DNA from: Nitrospinales bacterium
GTDB lineage: Bacteria; Nitrospinota; Nitrospinia; Nitrospinales; VA-1
DNA length: 64,000 bases
Direction of reading: 5' to 3'
NCBI GenBank assembly: GCA_965223345.1
Contig: CBDCWG010000012.1
Location: 2,912,001 to 2,976,000, forward strand
Shown: positions 37,922 through 50,104 of the stretch, piece after piece
Numbering within the stretch: the first letter of the stretch is position 1
How the letters are laid out: the number at the start of each line of letters is the position of its first letter
The notes under the pieces: model-generated
Databases searched by the model: none
The model's input: only the letters and a program-made list of their open reading frames with translations
What the model was told of the DNA's origin: nothing
Position numbers and translations under genes: made by a program

Positions 37922-40594
37922 TCAATGCACCTCGTTCCAGTTGTTTCCCCACCCCATGTCCACGACCAGCGGGACAGAGAATTTGTACACGCCTTCCATC
38001 TCCTGTTTCACCAGATCCTGAATCGCCTTTTTCTCGCCGGGCGGGCATTCGAACACCAGCTCGTCGTGCACCTGCAGGATCATGCGCGATTTCATTTTTT
38101 TCTTCGCCAGTTTGTTCGACAGGTTGATCATCGCCAGCTTGATGAGATCGGCGGCGCTGCCCTGTATGGGCGAATTGATAGCGATGCGTTCCGCCGCCTC
38201 GCGCACCTGCCGGTTCTTGCTGTTGATGTCGGGCAGGCTGCGGCGGCGGTTCATCAGGGTGGTCGTGTAGCCGTTGGTGCGCGCCTGCTCGATGGTCTGC
38301 TCCATGTAGATCTTGACGTTCTTGTACAGGGCGAAATACTGATCGATGAAATCGCGCGCTTCCTTCGGCGTGATCTTGAGCTGCCTTGAGAGGCCGAAGG
38401 CGCTGAGCCCGTACACGATGCCGAAGTTCACCGCCTTGGCCATGCGCCGGTTCTCTTGATCGACCGCATCGAGAGCGGTGCCGAAGATCTCCGCCGCGGT
38501 GCGGTTGTGGATGTCCTCGCCTTTCTTGAACGCGCGGATCAACGCCTCATCTTCGGAGAGATGTGCAAGGATGCGCAGCTCGATCTGCGAATAGTCGGCC
38601 GAAAGCAGTTTGCCGCTGCCTTCCGAGATGAAGGCCTTGCGGATCTCCTTGCCCATGTCCGAGCGGATGGGAATGTTCTGCAAATTGGGATCGCTGCTGC
38701 TCAACCGGCCGGTGGCCGCGACGGTCTGGTTGAAGGAGGTGTGCACGCGGCCGGTTTTCTCATAGATCTCTTCGGGCAGCGTGTCCACGTAGGTGGATTT
38801 CAGTTTTCCGAGCTGGCGGTAGGCGAGGATCTTTTCCGGCAGGGCGTGCTGCAGCGCCAGTTCCTCCAGCACCGAAACGTCGGTGGAGTAGCCGGTCTTG
38901 GTTTTCTTGACGACCGGCAGCTTGAGCTTTTCGAACAGGATCACCGAGAGCTGCTTGGGCGAATTGATGTTGAAACTTTCTCCGGCGAGCGAATGGATTT
39001 CGGTCTCGTAATTCTGCAACCGCTCGCCCATTTTTTTGGAAAGCGCGGCCAGGTGTTTTTTGTCGAGGAACACGCCGTTCATTTCCATCTCGGCCAGAAC
39101 CTCGAGCAGCGGCATCTCGATCGTGTCGAACAACTCCCGCAATCCATCCTTGAGCCGGGGAGCCAGTTTTTGGAACAGCCGCCAGGTGATGTCGGAATCC
39201 TCGGCGGCGTATTCGGTGGCTCTCTCGATTTCGACTTCATCGAAGCCGATCTGTTTCTGGCCGGTGCCGGCGACTTCCTTGTAGGTGATGGTCTTGTGGT
39301 TGAACAACTCCCAGGCGAGGTCGTCGAGGCTGTGGCCGCGCCGCGAGGGGTCGAGGACGTAGGAGGCGAGCATGGTGTCGAAGGAGATGCCCTTGAGATC
39401 GATGCCCTCGTTTTTGAGAACGATGAGGTCGTATTTGATGTTGTGGCCGACCTTTTTCAACTTCGGGTTTTCCAGCAGCGGTTTGAGTTTTTCGAACACC
39501 TTCTTTTTATCGAGCTGTTCGGGCACGCCCAGGTAGCGGTGCGTCAGCGGCAGGTAACAGGCCTCGCCCTCTTTCCAGGAAAACGAGATCCCCACCGTCT
39601 CGGCCTGCACCGGGTGCAGGCTGGTGGTTTCCAGATCGAGCGCGAACTCGCCGGCGGCTTTGAGATCCTTGAGGCACCGGTTGAACGCTTTTTCAGTGAG
39701 AATCGTCTCGTATGTGTTTGACGCCCGTTCGGGCTTGCCGTTGGTTTCGGGGATCAGCGTGGTGAATTCCAGCTCGGTGAACAGTTTGACCAGCGCGTCG
39801 GTGTCCGCTTCCTGGACCTTGAGATCCTCGACGCTGCAATCGAGCTTCACCGCCGTGTCGATGGTCACCAGTTTGCGGCTCAGCAGCGCATTTTCTTTGT
39901 CGGTTTCCAGTTTTTCCTTGAGCTTTTTCTTTTCGATCTCATCGAGTTTTTTGTACAGGCCCTCGATCGAGCCGTATTTCTGGATCAGCTCGGTGGCGGT
40001 CTTGGGACCCACGCCCTTGACGCCGGGGATGTGATCGCTGGAGTCGCCCATGAGCCCCATCACCTCGATGACTTTGTCGGGGCCGACGCCGAATTTTTCC
40101 TCGACCTCTTTCTTGCGGAACGTCTTGTCCTTCATCGTGTCGAGCATGCGCACGCCCGGCCCGATCAGCTGCATCATGTCCTTGTCGCCGCTCACGATCA
40201 CCACGTCCATCCCCTTCTCCACGCCCATTCTGGCGAGCGTGCCGATGATGTCGTCGGCCTCGATACCGGGGATGCGCAGGCTCTTGATGTTGTGCGCCTC
40301 GACCAGCGGCTCGAAATAGGGAAACTGCTGGCCCAGGTCCTCGGGCGGAACGTCGCGGTTGGCCTTGTATTCGGGATACATCTCGTGGCGGAAGGTCTTC
40401 TCCTTGCTGTCGAACGCCACGGCCAGGTAGTCGGGCTTCTCCTCCCGCACCACCTTGGTGAGCATGTTGACGAAGCCGAACAGGGCGTTGGTCGGCAGGC
40501 CCTTGGAGTTGGACAGGTTCTGGCGGATGCCGTAATACGCCCGGAAAATGTAGGAGGAACCGTCGATGAGGTAGAGCGTCGGTTTTGCGGTCAT
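37922..40594 (-). CDS. polA: DNA polymerase I
   Basis: LIDGSSYIFRAY, EADDIIGT, GDSSD.IPGV.GVGPKTA, DLETT, TGRLSSSDPNLQNIP, ADYSQIELR, K.VNFGIVYG, QVHDEL. Confidence 0.99.
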   Translation of the reverse strand: MTAKPTLYLIDGSSYIFRAYYGIRQNLSNSKGLPTNALFGFVNMLTKVVREEKPDYLAVAFDSKEKTFRHEMYPEYKANRDVPPEDLGQQFPYFEPLVEAHNIKSLRIPGIEADDIIGTLARMGVEKGMDVVIVSGDKDMMQLIGPGVRMLDTMKDKTFRKKEVEEKFGVGPDKVIEVMGLMGDSSDHIPGVKGVGPKTATELIQKYGSIEGLYKKLDEIEKKKLKEKLETDKENALLSRKLVTIDTAVKLDCSVEDLKVQEADTDALVKLFTELEFTTLIPETNGKPERASNTYETILTEKAFNRCLKDLKAAGEFALDLETTSLHPVQAETVGISFSWKEGEACYLPLTHRYLGVPEQLDKKKVFEKLKPLLENPKLKKVGHNIKYDLIVLKNEGIDLKGISFDTMLASYVLDPSRRGHSLDDLAWELFNHKTITYKEVAGTGQKQIGFDEVEIERATEYAAEDSDITWRLFQKLAPRLKDGLRELFDTIEMPLLEVLAEMEMNGVFLDKKHLAALSKKMGERLQNYETEIHSLAGESFNINSPKQLSVILFEKLKLPVVKKTKTGYSTDVSVLEELALQHALPEKILAYRQLGKLKSTYVDTLPEEIYEKTGRVHTSFNQTVAATGRLSSSDPNLQNIPIRSDMGKEIRKAFISEGSGKLLSADYSQIELRILAHLSEDEALIRAFKKGEDIHNRTAAEIFGTALDAVDQENRRMAKAVNFGIVYGLSAFGLSRQLKITPKEARDFIDQYFALYKNVKIYMEQTIEQARTNGYTTTLMNRRRSLPDINSKNRQVREAAERIAINSPIQGSAADLIKLAMINLSNKLAKKKMKSRMILQVHDELVFECPPGEKKAIQDLVKQEMEGVYKFSVPLVVDMGWGNNWNEVH

Positions 40595-40738
40595 GGACTC
40601 GTGTGGGGCCGGAGGCAGGGGGGATTCCCTTTATGCCGGGGTTTCATTATAGGGGCGGCGCGTTGCCGGATTCAACGGATTATGCTATCATGACTGGGAG
40701 AAACTGGCCAAAAACTATTGTAAATAAAGGAGATTTCT

Positions 40739-41755
40739 TTGAATCGCCGCAGCGCGCACGCTCTCAAGTCCCCCGACAGGCAAACGCAGGACCGCTCGCT
40801 CATCGACCGGGCCCGGCAGGTGCTTCAGGTCGAAAGCGAATCCATCGCCGATCTGATCGAGCGCATCGACGCGCCGTTCGCCGAGGTGGTGCGGGCGCTG
40901 GATGCCTGCAAAGGGCATGTCGTGGTCACCGGCATCGGCAAATCCGGCCTCATCGGCGCCAAGATCGCCGCGACGTTTTCCAGCATCGGGCTGCCGGCTG
41001 TTTTTCTGCATGCGGCGGAAGCGAGCCACGGCGACGTGGGCGTGCTGGCGCCCGGAGACCTGGTGCTGGCAATCTCCAACAGCGGCGAGACCGAAGAGAT
41101 CGTGCGGCTGCTGCCGACCCTCAACCGGCTGCGCTGCCCGCTGGTGGGCCTGATCGGCAATGCCGATTCCACGCTCGCCCGGCGCTGCGATTTTGTGCTC
41201 AACACGTCGGTGAAGGCAGAGGCCTGCTCGATGGGCCTGGTGCCCACCGCCAGCACCACCGCGGCCCTGGCCATGGGCGACGCGCTGGCGATGGCGCTGC
41301 TGGATCTGCGCGGCCTGCGCGAGGAGGATTTCGCGCTCAACCATCCCGGCGGCAGCCTGGGACGCAAACTGCTGATGACGGTGGCGGACCTGATGCACCG
41401 CGGCAGCGGCATCCCGACCGTCACCGAAAACGCCGACATTTTCGAGGTGCTCAAGGAGATGAGCGACAAGCGGCTGGGGACGACCTGCGTGGTGGACCTG
41501 AAAGGACGGCTGAAAGGGATCATCACGGATGGGGACCTCAGGAGGCTGATCGAGCGGAAAAAAGATATCTCCGAGGCCATCGCCTGTGATTTAATGGGCA
41601 CCGATCCCAAGTGCATCGGAAAGGACGATCTGGCCGCGAAGGCGGTGCAGGTCATGGAGACGCATGCCATCACCTCCCTGGTGGTTTCGGAAGACGGTAA
41701 AACCATAGACGGTATCATTCACCTGCATGATTTGCTGAAGGCCGGCATCGTTTGA
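40739..41755 (+). CDS. kdsD: Arabinose-5-phosphate isomerase, KdsD/KpsF (SIS + CBS)
   Basis: VTGIGKSG, EASHGD.G, SNSGET, PTAST...A.GDALA, HPGG.LG, GIITDGDLRR. Confidence 0.95.
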   Translation: MNRRSAHALKSPDRQTQDRSLIDRARQVLQVESESIADLIERIDAPFAEVVRALDACKGHVVVTGIGKSGLIGAKIAATFSSIGLPAVFLHAAEASHGDVGVLAPGDLVLAISNSGETEEIVRLLPTLNRLRCPLVGLIGNADSTLARRCDFVLNTSVKAEACSMGLVPTASTTAALAMGDALAMALLDLRGLREEDFALNHPGGSLGRKLLMTVADLMHRGSGIPTVTENADIFEVLKEMSDKRLGTTCVVDLKGRLKGIITDGDLRRLIERKKDISEAIACDLMGTDPKCIGKDDLAAKAVQVMETHAITSLVVSEDGKTIDGIIHLHDLLKAGIV

Positions 41756-41842
41756 TTTCAAAGTGCCGCGCCGCCCCTCCCCTCTTTCGATTCCCATCGC
41801 CGGAACGGATCGCTTGCGTTTTTCTCAAAGAAATGGATTAGC

Positions 41843-44479
<2,637 letters not shown>

Positions 44480-44627
44480 TTCCGGCTCCGGGAGCCCCTC
44501 GAGAGGACCGACCGCATTTACCGTTGCAGTCGCGGCGCAAGTCCGATACCCTGAGTCGAATCGAAAGCGAAACACCAGGAATGGGAAATGCAAACCGGTT
44601 GCCCGTTCGGGCCGGGAAGGAAAAGCA

Positions 44628-44975
44628 ATGGAAGCGAGCAAGAAAGAATCTCTGGAAGCGATCTGGAAACCGATCGCCGCGAAGGCCATCCAGGATCTGG
44701 AATTCAGAAAAAAGCTGGTGGCCGACCCCGTCGGCGTGATGACCGAACACGGACTCAAGCTGCCGGAAGGCGCGGAGATGAAGATCGGCGCGGGAAACTT
44801 ACAAACCATCCCGATCCCCTCCAACGCTTCGGAGGAACTCAAGGAAGAAGTCAGCTGGTGGATGTGGCGGCTCAACAGTATTCAGGAACTGGGCAAGGAG
44901 CTGCCGAAGAAAAAAGCGGGGCACCTTTCCATGAGCGCCCAGGAAGCGGACGACGACGCTTCGGGCGTGTTTTAA
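44628..44975 (+). CDS. Nitrile-hydratase-leader-peptide (NHLP)-like small protein
   Basis: IAAKAIQDLEFRKKLVADPVGVMTEHGLKLPEG...IPIP resembles the NHLP leader pattern; no double-Gly site. Confidence 0.65.
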   Translation: MEASKKESLEAIWKPIAAKAIQDLEFRKKLVADPVGVMTEHGLKLPEGAEMKIGAGNLQTIPIPSNASEELKEEVSWWMWRLNSIQELGKELPKKKAGHLSMSAQEADDDASGVF

Positions 44976-45017
44976 GGCTCAGGAAACGCCGATCCGCACA
45001 GAACAAATTCGAATCAC

Positions 45018-45094
45018 GCGCCCGTAGCTCAGCTGGATAGAGTGACGGATTCCGGTTCCGTAGGTCGGAGGTTCGACTCCTCTCGGGCGTGCCA
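45018..45094 (+). tRNA. tRNA-Arg(CCG)
   Basis: Cloverleaf: acceptor GCGCCCG/CGGGCGT, D arm GCTC/GAGT, anticodon arm ACGGA-TTCCGGT-TCCGT, T loop TTCGACT, encoded CCA. Confidence 0.97.
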
Positions 45095-45100
45095 AATTAA

Positions 45101-45147
45101 AGCAGGCACTTGGGTGAAAACTAACCTGGGTGCCTGTTTTGCATTTT
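45101..45147 (+). terminator. Hairpin downstream of the tRNA (probable terminator)
   Basis: AGCAGGCACTTGGG ... CCTGGGTGCCTGTT followed by a T-rich tract. Confidence 0.6.
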
Positions 45148-45391
45148 TCTTCCCAGGACCACTTCCGGACCAATTTTGGTGAAATTCCTCAACTTTGATT
45201 CGCTCACAAGCCTGTTCACTTAACGTGAAAAGAAATGTTGAGCCCTCAGCAAATCATTTTCCCGCCTCCCTATTGCCTGCCGCCAAATGGTGCTAAATCA
45301 AATGTTTCATTCCCTATACTTCTAAATTCATTAGAGTTGTAAAGTCACACACACATCTCTGTCACAATTTGTCAGCCGGGGCGCCAATCCA

Positions 45392-45445
45392 GTAGAAGTT
45401 CCCTGTATTCCTTGTAGAAGTTCTTCTTGAACCTCGTAGAGGTTC
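45392..45445. repeat. Three 10-bp direct repeats with exact 22-bp period
   Basis: GTAGAAGTTC at 45392 and 45414, GTAGAGGTTC at 45436. Confidence 0.8.
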
Positions 45446-45512
45446 TGGGCTCTTGTTTTTAATGCTTAAAAAATCGCGATTTGCTCGTCCAGTATTCGGG
45501 TATTCCGAATTT

Positions 45513-45529
45513 TTGGTATCCTTGTTGCT
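45513..45529 (+). promoter_or_regulatory. Putative sigma54 promoter upstream of the pilin trio
   Basis: TTGGTATCCTTGTTGCT = GG-N10-GC with TTGC. Confidence 0.55.
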
Positions 45530-45602
45530 ATTTATTGCGAATACAGTTCACGAATAGGATACCAACCTCAAAATAGTTGAAAATACGTGGATTATATTAT
45601 TT

Positions 45603-45640
45603 AGTGATTATAGTCACATGATAGTGTGATCTAGATTACA
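45603..45640. promoter_or_regulatory. Tandem CRP/Vfr-like boxes
   Basis: AGTGA-N6-TCACA (45603-45618) and TGTGATCTAGATTACA (45625-45640, one mismatch to the CRP consensus), 22 bp apart. Confidence 0.6.
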
Positions 45641-45816
45641 CTTATAAATCGCCGTCAGTGGTAAAATTATTACAACATAAATCCCATAATTTGATATTTT
45701 ATAGTCCAACCAACCTTAAAGTTATTATTTTTTCGACACTTATTCTCTTTCTGCCGCAACCTGTCTATCTAGAAGGTGAATTGGTTTTCTTTCAATTTTT
45801 AGAAAATATCGGAAGT

Positions 45817-46320
45817 ATGAATATGAAAAAAATCGATCTCAGGTCTAAAGACATAGAAAAATGCCATCCCTCCAGGACTGAATCCCCTTTGCGCAATCAG
45901 GGAGGCTTCAGTCTGATTGAAGCGATGATTGCCCTGGCTATTCTGACGGTTGGCATCCTGGCTATGACAGGTCTCACGGGCACGATCATGGATCATAACG
46001 CCAAGAGCGAAAAGCAGACCATTGCCGCCACTCTGGCCCAGGACAAGATCGAATACTTCAGAAATAAAGCCCGCGGTTGGCTCATGTCCGGCGGTAACGG
46101 ATTGGATTCTCCCGATGTAGCCGGTGGAGTATGGACCTCCAATCCGGGCGGGGAAACGGTGGATGCCGAAGGCAACCCCACAGTCGGCGGTACTTACACG
46201 CGCACCTGGACGATCAGTCCTGTTGTCGGTGAGAACTTTTTATACGAAGTGGTCATGAACATCAGTTGGCAGGACGGAGGGACGCAGACCTTTCAGCTCA
46301 ACACGCGGATCACTCAATAG
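45817..46320 (+). CDS. Type IV minor pilin, PilV-like
   Basis: Prepilin site G|FSLIEAMIALAILTVG; A..LAQDKIE; YTRTW. ATG 45817 preferred over 45658. Confidence 0.87.
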   Translation: MNMKKIDLRSKDIEKCHPSRTESPLRNQGGFSLIEAMIALAILTVGILAMTGLTGTIMDHNAKSEKQTIAATLAQDKIEYFRNKARGWLMSGGNGLDSPDVAGGVWTSNPGGETVDAEGNPTVGGTYTRTWTISPVVGENFLYEVVMNISWQDGGTQTFQLNTRITQ

Positions 46321-46330
46321 GAGATTTAAA

Positions 46331-47110
46331 GTGGGGAATACATTGTTCAAACCTTTGAGGGATGATCAAGGCGCCGGAATGATGGAAATTCTGGTCGCCA
46401 CAGTCATTGCGCTCATCGTGATCGCGGGAGCGACCATTTCGTTCAGCAAACAAAACAGCATTCTGGCTGATGAAAACTTTTCGACGCATATCAGGGCCAA
46501 AGGCCGGGAAGCGGTGGATCAGCTCACGAATGAAATCAAAATGGCGGGATTCGGGCTGCCTCCGAATGCGGGTTTTACCGCTATCAGCCCGACCTCATTG
46601 TCCTATCGCACCAATTTAAACGATATTCGGACCACGACGCCGCCTTGTACGGCTTGTCCGGGTACCGTGGCCGCAGCAGCCGGGGACACCACGATCACCG
46701 TGGTCGATGAAACAGGTTTTGCGAACGGGGATAAAATCGTCGTCTACGATCCGAATTTGAAAATATTTGAAACCACGACGGTGACTGGCACCACGGCGGG
46801 AACGCTGAACCTCGGTTCGGCGCTGCTCAATGACTATGTATACGGCGTCAACACCAATCTTGTGATGGTCAACAAGTACAACGATGTCACGATCACACTG
46901 ACTGGAACGGACATCACGCGCACAACGGACGGTAGCACCATCATTCTGGTGCCGGATGTGGTTGCCACAACGGGTCTGGCATTGGACTATGCCGGTGCGG
47001 CGACGCCTGCCGAAGTGGAAAAAGTGAACCTCGAAATCAGCCTGGTGGATCCCAACCATCCTAATTTCGTCATCGATTTCAAAACCGATATCAATATGAG
47101 AAACTCTTAA
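46331..47110 (+). CDS. Type IV minor pilin, PilW-like
   Basis: GGAG RBS; G|AGMMEILVA hydrophobic helix; L.NEIKMAGFG; C-terminal I.MRN. Confidence 0.82.
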   Translation: MGNTLFKPLRDDQGAGMMEILVATVIALIVIAGATISFSKQNSILADENFSTHIRAKGREAVDQLTNEIKMAGFGLPPNAGFTAISPTSLSYRTNLNDIRTTTPPCTACPGTVAAAAGDTTITVVDETGFANGDKIVVYDPNLKIFETTTVTGTTAGTLNLGSALLNDYVYGVNTNLVMVNKYNDVTITLTGTDITRTTDGSTIILVPDVVATTGLALDYAGAATPAEVEKVNLEISLVDPNHPNFVIDFKTDINMRNS

Positions 47111-47122
47111 AGGATTAAGATC

Positions 47123-48433
47123 ATGAGGATTTCAAACCCCGGCAATCATAAAATTCAATTGGAAAAATACTGGGCTAACGAAAAGGGTCTTGCATTAGGA
47201 GTTGTCCTCATTTTGAGCATCGTTCTTATTCTCCTGCTTGCCGTAGGCACGAGGTACGCTTCTCACGATGTGAAACGCACGGCAAGATACAAAAAGGACA
47301 AGGAATCTTTTTATATCGCAGAAACGGGAATTCAAAATGCGATCAATTTTTTCAATTACGATGGCTCGGGCAACAGCCCCGGAGAGGCCGCGAACGGATT
47401 CGACGATGAAGTGGATGGCAGCAACTGGCCGGCTGCCAGTTTTACCAATATTGCGTTCGGAGGCGGAACCTACACCGTGACCGCTACCGACAACGACGAC
47501 AACGATGGGGATACAGACGACGACATCGACCATACGGTCGTCCTGACCTCCACCGGCACGCGAAACGGAGTGACCTCGACCATTGAAGCCCTGGTCAACC
47601 GACCCACGTTCACACCGGGTTCCGCCATCACAACGAAAGGCAATTTGAACGGGTCCGGATCGTTCGCCGTTCAGGGAGCCTGTGGCAGCATCCACACCAA
47701 CGCGGGTTTCAACCAATCCGGCGTCAGCGGAACCGCTACCCAGGGAACCACGGCATCGGGCAACTGTTCCGGAGCTTCCTGCACCGGGTCCGGAGCGGCG
47801 GAGCAACCCATTCCGCTCGTGGATGTGACGGAATACAGGTCCTACGCCCATTACATCCTGAAAAGCGACGGTACGATTGAGGACCAGGGCACTGGCAACG
47901 TGTACACGTATTCAGGGCCCAACTGGACCTGGTCGATAACCGGCGACGGAAACGCGCTCTTTGGGAGCATCACACAACCTGGCGGCTTGTGGAAGGTCAA
48001 CGGAACGGATGTGGCGGACGGAATATTCTATGTGGAAGGCGACATCAATGTTCTGAACTCACCGGCCCCCTGGAACACCACGATCATATCCGAGGGTTAC
48101 ATCGATGTGGGTGCTAGCCCTGATATGACAAATTACCAGGGCGGTCCGTCTCCAGATATCGACCAGCTTTTCCTGATCGCAGAAACGGATCTGGAATTTG
48201 CCGGCAATCCGTCCAACACCATCACAGGAATGATGTACGCCGGGGAGCAGATGAGCATTTCCGGCACCGTGGATCTGGTTGGATACGTCATCTCCGCCGA
48301 TAAATTCGATGCGGAAAACCTCGTCACCCCGGAGAGCAGCATTTCCGGCAGTTTGACCGTCACCTACGACTGCTCGGGCGCTTCCCCCTTCTTCAGCGAC
48401 CACGTGGCCATACTGTCCTGGCAGAAGATGTGA
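47123..48433 (+). CDS. PilX-like N-terminal domain protein with long beta-rich C-terminus
   Basis: NEKG|LALGVVLIL (no E5), SFYIAETGI, TSTG, C-terminal SWQ. Confidence 0.82.
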   Translation: MRISNPGNHKIQLEKYWANEKGLALGVVLILSIVLILLLAVGTRYASHDVKRTARYKKDKESFYIAETGIQNAINFFNYDGSGNSPGEAANGFDDEVDGSNWPAASFTNIAFGGGTYTVTATDNDDNDGDTDDDIDHTVVLTSTGTRNGVTSTIEALVNRPTFTPGSAITTKGNLNGSGSFAVQGACGSIHTNAGFNQSGVSGTATQGTTASGNCSGASCTGSGAAEQPIPLVDVTEYRSYAHYILKSDGTIEDQGTGNVYTYSGPNWTWSITGDGNALFGSITQPGGLWKVNGTDVADGIFYVEGDINVLNSPAPWNTTIISEGYIDVGASPDMTNYQGGPSPDIDQLFLIAETDLEFAGNPSNTITGMMYAGEQMSISGTVDLVGYVISADKFDAENLVTPESSISGSLTVTYDCSGASPFFSDHVAILSWQKM

Positions 48434-48548
48434 TAGTGAAAAGCAATAGATACCGTTTGTGAACAAAAAAACCGGGTTCCGGGGCCAATCGGTCATTGGA
48501 GCCCGCGAGGTCCTATGGGCCGGTTGCCTCCGACGCTCCCACAGTCAG

Positions 48549-48600
48549 CACAAAGAAAAAGGGCTTACGGTCTATGATCGCAGGCCCTTTTTCTTTGTGC
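48549..48600. terminator. Long inverted repeat, probable bidirectional terminator
   Basis: GCACAAAGAAAAAGGGC ... GCCCTTTTTCTTTGTGC between convergent genes. Confidence 0.75.
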
Positions 48601-48616
48601 GGGGGTGATGATTCAA

Positions 48617-48835
48617 TCAGTCCTTTTTTTCGATACCCTTGATGACGGACCGCCCTTTTGGAGCATGGTTTCTAAGATGTTCCCGGACCAGCATGACCGC
48701 ATGATTGTCATCCATCGCTTTCATGAAATAACTGAACTCATCTTCCGAGTTATCCGTTTCATGGATCAGAACACCGGAGACTTTAAAACAATATTGTTTG
48801 GGTGGCACGGCTCGATCACCTCTCTTAAGATCCAT
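48617..48835 (-). CDS. Small hypothetical protein (72 aa)
   Basis: MDLKRGDRAVPPKQYCFKVSG...; follows the yqaA-like gene on the same strand and ends at the terminator. Confidence 0.55.
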   Translation of the reverse strand: MDLKRGDRAVPPKQYCFKVSGVLIHETDNSEDEFSYFMKAMDDNHAVMLVREHLRNHAPKGRSVIKGIEKKD

Positions 48836-48861
48836 TATTTTTATTTCAGCTCTTTGCCCGG

Positions 48862-49302
48862 TCAATCCATTCGCAGGGCTAAATAACCGACGACGACATA
48901 ACGCATCAGTTTGCCCGCGGCGACCAACAGGACAAACCACAACAAACGAATGCGCAGAATCCCGGCGACAACGGTCAATGGATCACCGATTACAGGAACC
49001 CAGGCAAAGCACAGAGAGAACAATCCATATTTTACAAAACGCCGCTCTGCCTGAACATACTCAGCTTCAGAAATTTTCAGCCATTTTTTGATCACTTCCA
49101 GACTGGCCCAGTACCCCAGGGCGTAATTCGTGAGCGATCCCAGCACATTTCCCGTTGTAGCGACCGCAACCAGGGCAACGGGCGACAAACCATTTAACAA
49201 TAAAGCGCTTAAAACCACCTCGGAGCTCAAAGGCAAAATGGTTGCTGCCAAAAATGCGGCAATAAAAAGGCCGAAATAGCCCAGCTCAGCAAAAGAGTCC
49301 AT
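48862..49302 (-). CDS. YqaA/DedA (VTT domain) family membrane protein
   Basis: FLAATILPLSSE, GNVLGS..NY.LG, WVPVIGDPL...AG, GK..RY. Confidence 0.92.
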   Translation of the reverse strand: MDSFAELGYFGLFIAAFLAATILPLSSEVVLSALLLNGLSPVALVAVATTGNVLGSLTNYALGYWASLEVIKKWLKISEAEYVQAERRFVKYGLFSLCFAWVPVIGDPLTVVAGILRIRLLWFVLLVAAGKLMRYVVVGYLALRMD

Positions 49303-49610
49303 GCAAAATGTGTCGCTCAACCTGATATTAAAAATATGCTTCGCATCTTATGAGAACAGCATGACCTGAGTGAGTTTTTTTTCCTGCGCCGCAATCAACA
49401 CTCCATCGAGTTCCCTGCCAACCGTCCTCAACATTGCCTTCCAATCATCCAACGTTGCCGCACACCCCGTCATTAAATCGACGGTCAAGCACATCGACTT
49501 CCCTTTTAATGACCAAATACGCCCAAATTTAACACCTATTCCGGGAATAGATATTGCATTAAAGCAATGATACAAACCATTTGTGTCAAAATTTCTTTGG
49601 GTGAGAATTT

Positions 49611-49847
49611 ATGTCTGAGTACATGTTGTATAAGAAAAATTGTGAAATCAGGGCATTGATAGCCAAACAAGCGAGTCTTCAAAAAACAATCAAAGAACTG
49701 ACTCAAACCGTTCAGTCACTGGAACAAGAAATTGAAGTTCTGAACAAGAGAAATAAAACATTGCAAATCGGAAGTCATGATTTCCACCAACAAATGAGCA
49801 CTCAAAGAAATCTCGCACTGGCAAAAGCAGAGTTTTACCTTCCCTGA
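49611..49847 (+). CDS. Small coiled-coil hypothetical protein
   Basis: 78 aa AT-rich ORF with heptad pattern. Confidence 0.5.
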   Translation: MSEYMLYKKNCEIRALIAKQASLQKTIKELTQTVQSLEQEIEVLNKRNKTLQIGSHDFHQQMSTQRNLALAKAEFYLP

Positions 49848-50104
49848 GATTGTCCAGCGGTTTTCCCCTCCCAGTCCCCGCTTCAGCACTCCAAAGAGAC
49901 CACCCGGTGAAATCGACGGTTATTGTAGCCGGTAAATTCAACACTCACCTGTCAATTCGGGCTAATCAGAAAATTTCCGCTCGTCAGATTGATTTTTGCA
50001 GTATCTTATAAAATATGGGAATAAAAGAGGACATTCCGTCTCTATACAAAGACCATGAGAAATACTCCCTTGTCACGCATGAATCCGAACATCTCGGGCT
50101 GATT

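Noticed and set aside
44480..44627. Possible riboswitch between alaS and the NHLP-like gene
   Set aside because: Only short hairpins; no aptamer consensus recognised.
48549..48600. Long inverted repeat as a transposon end or att site
   Set aside because: It sits between convergent genes with A/T tracts on both arms and has no partner repeat or recombinase; a terminator explains it.
49348..49575. Overlapping short ORFs in an AT-rich gap
   Set aside because: No RBS, motif or codon support; could be a remnant but cannot be supported.
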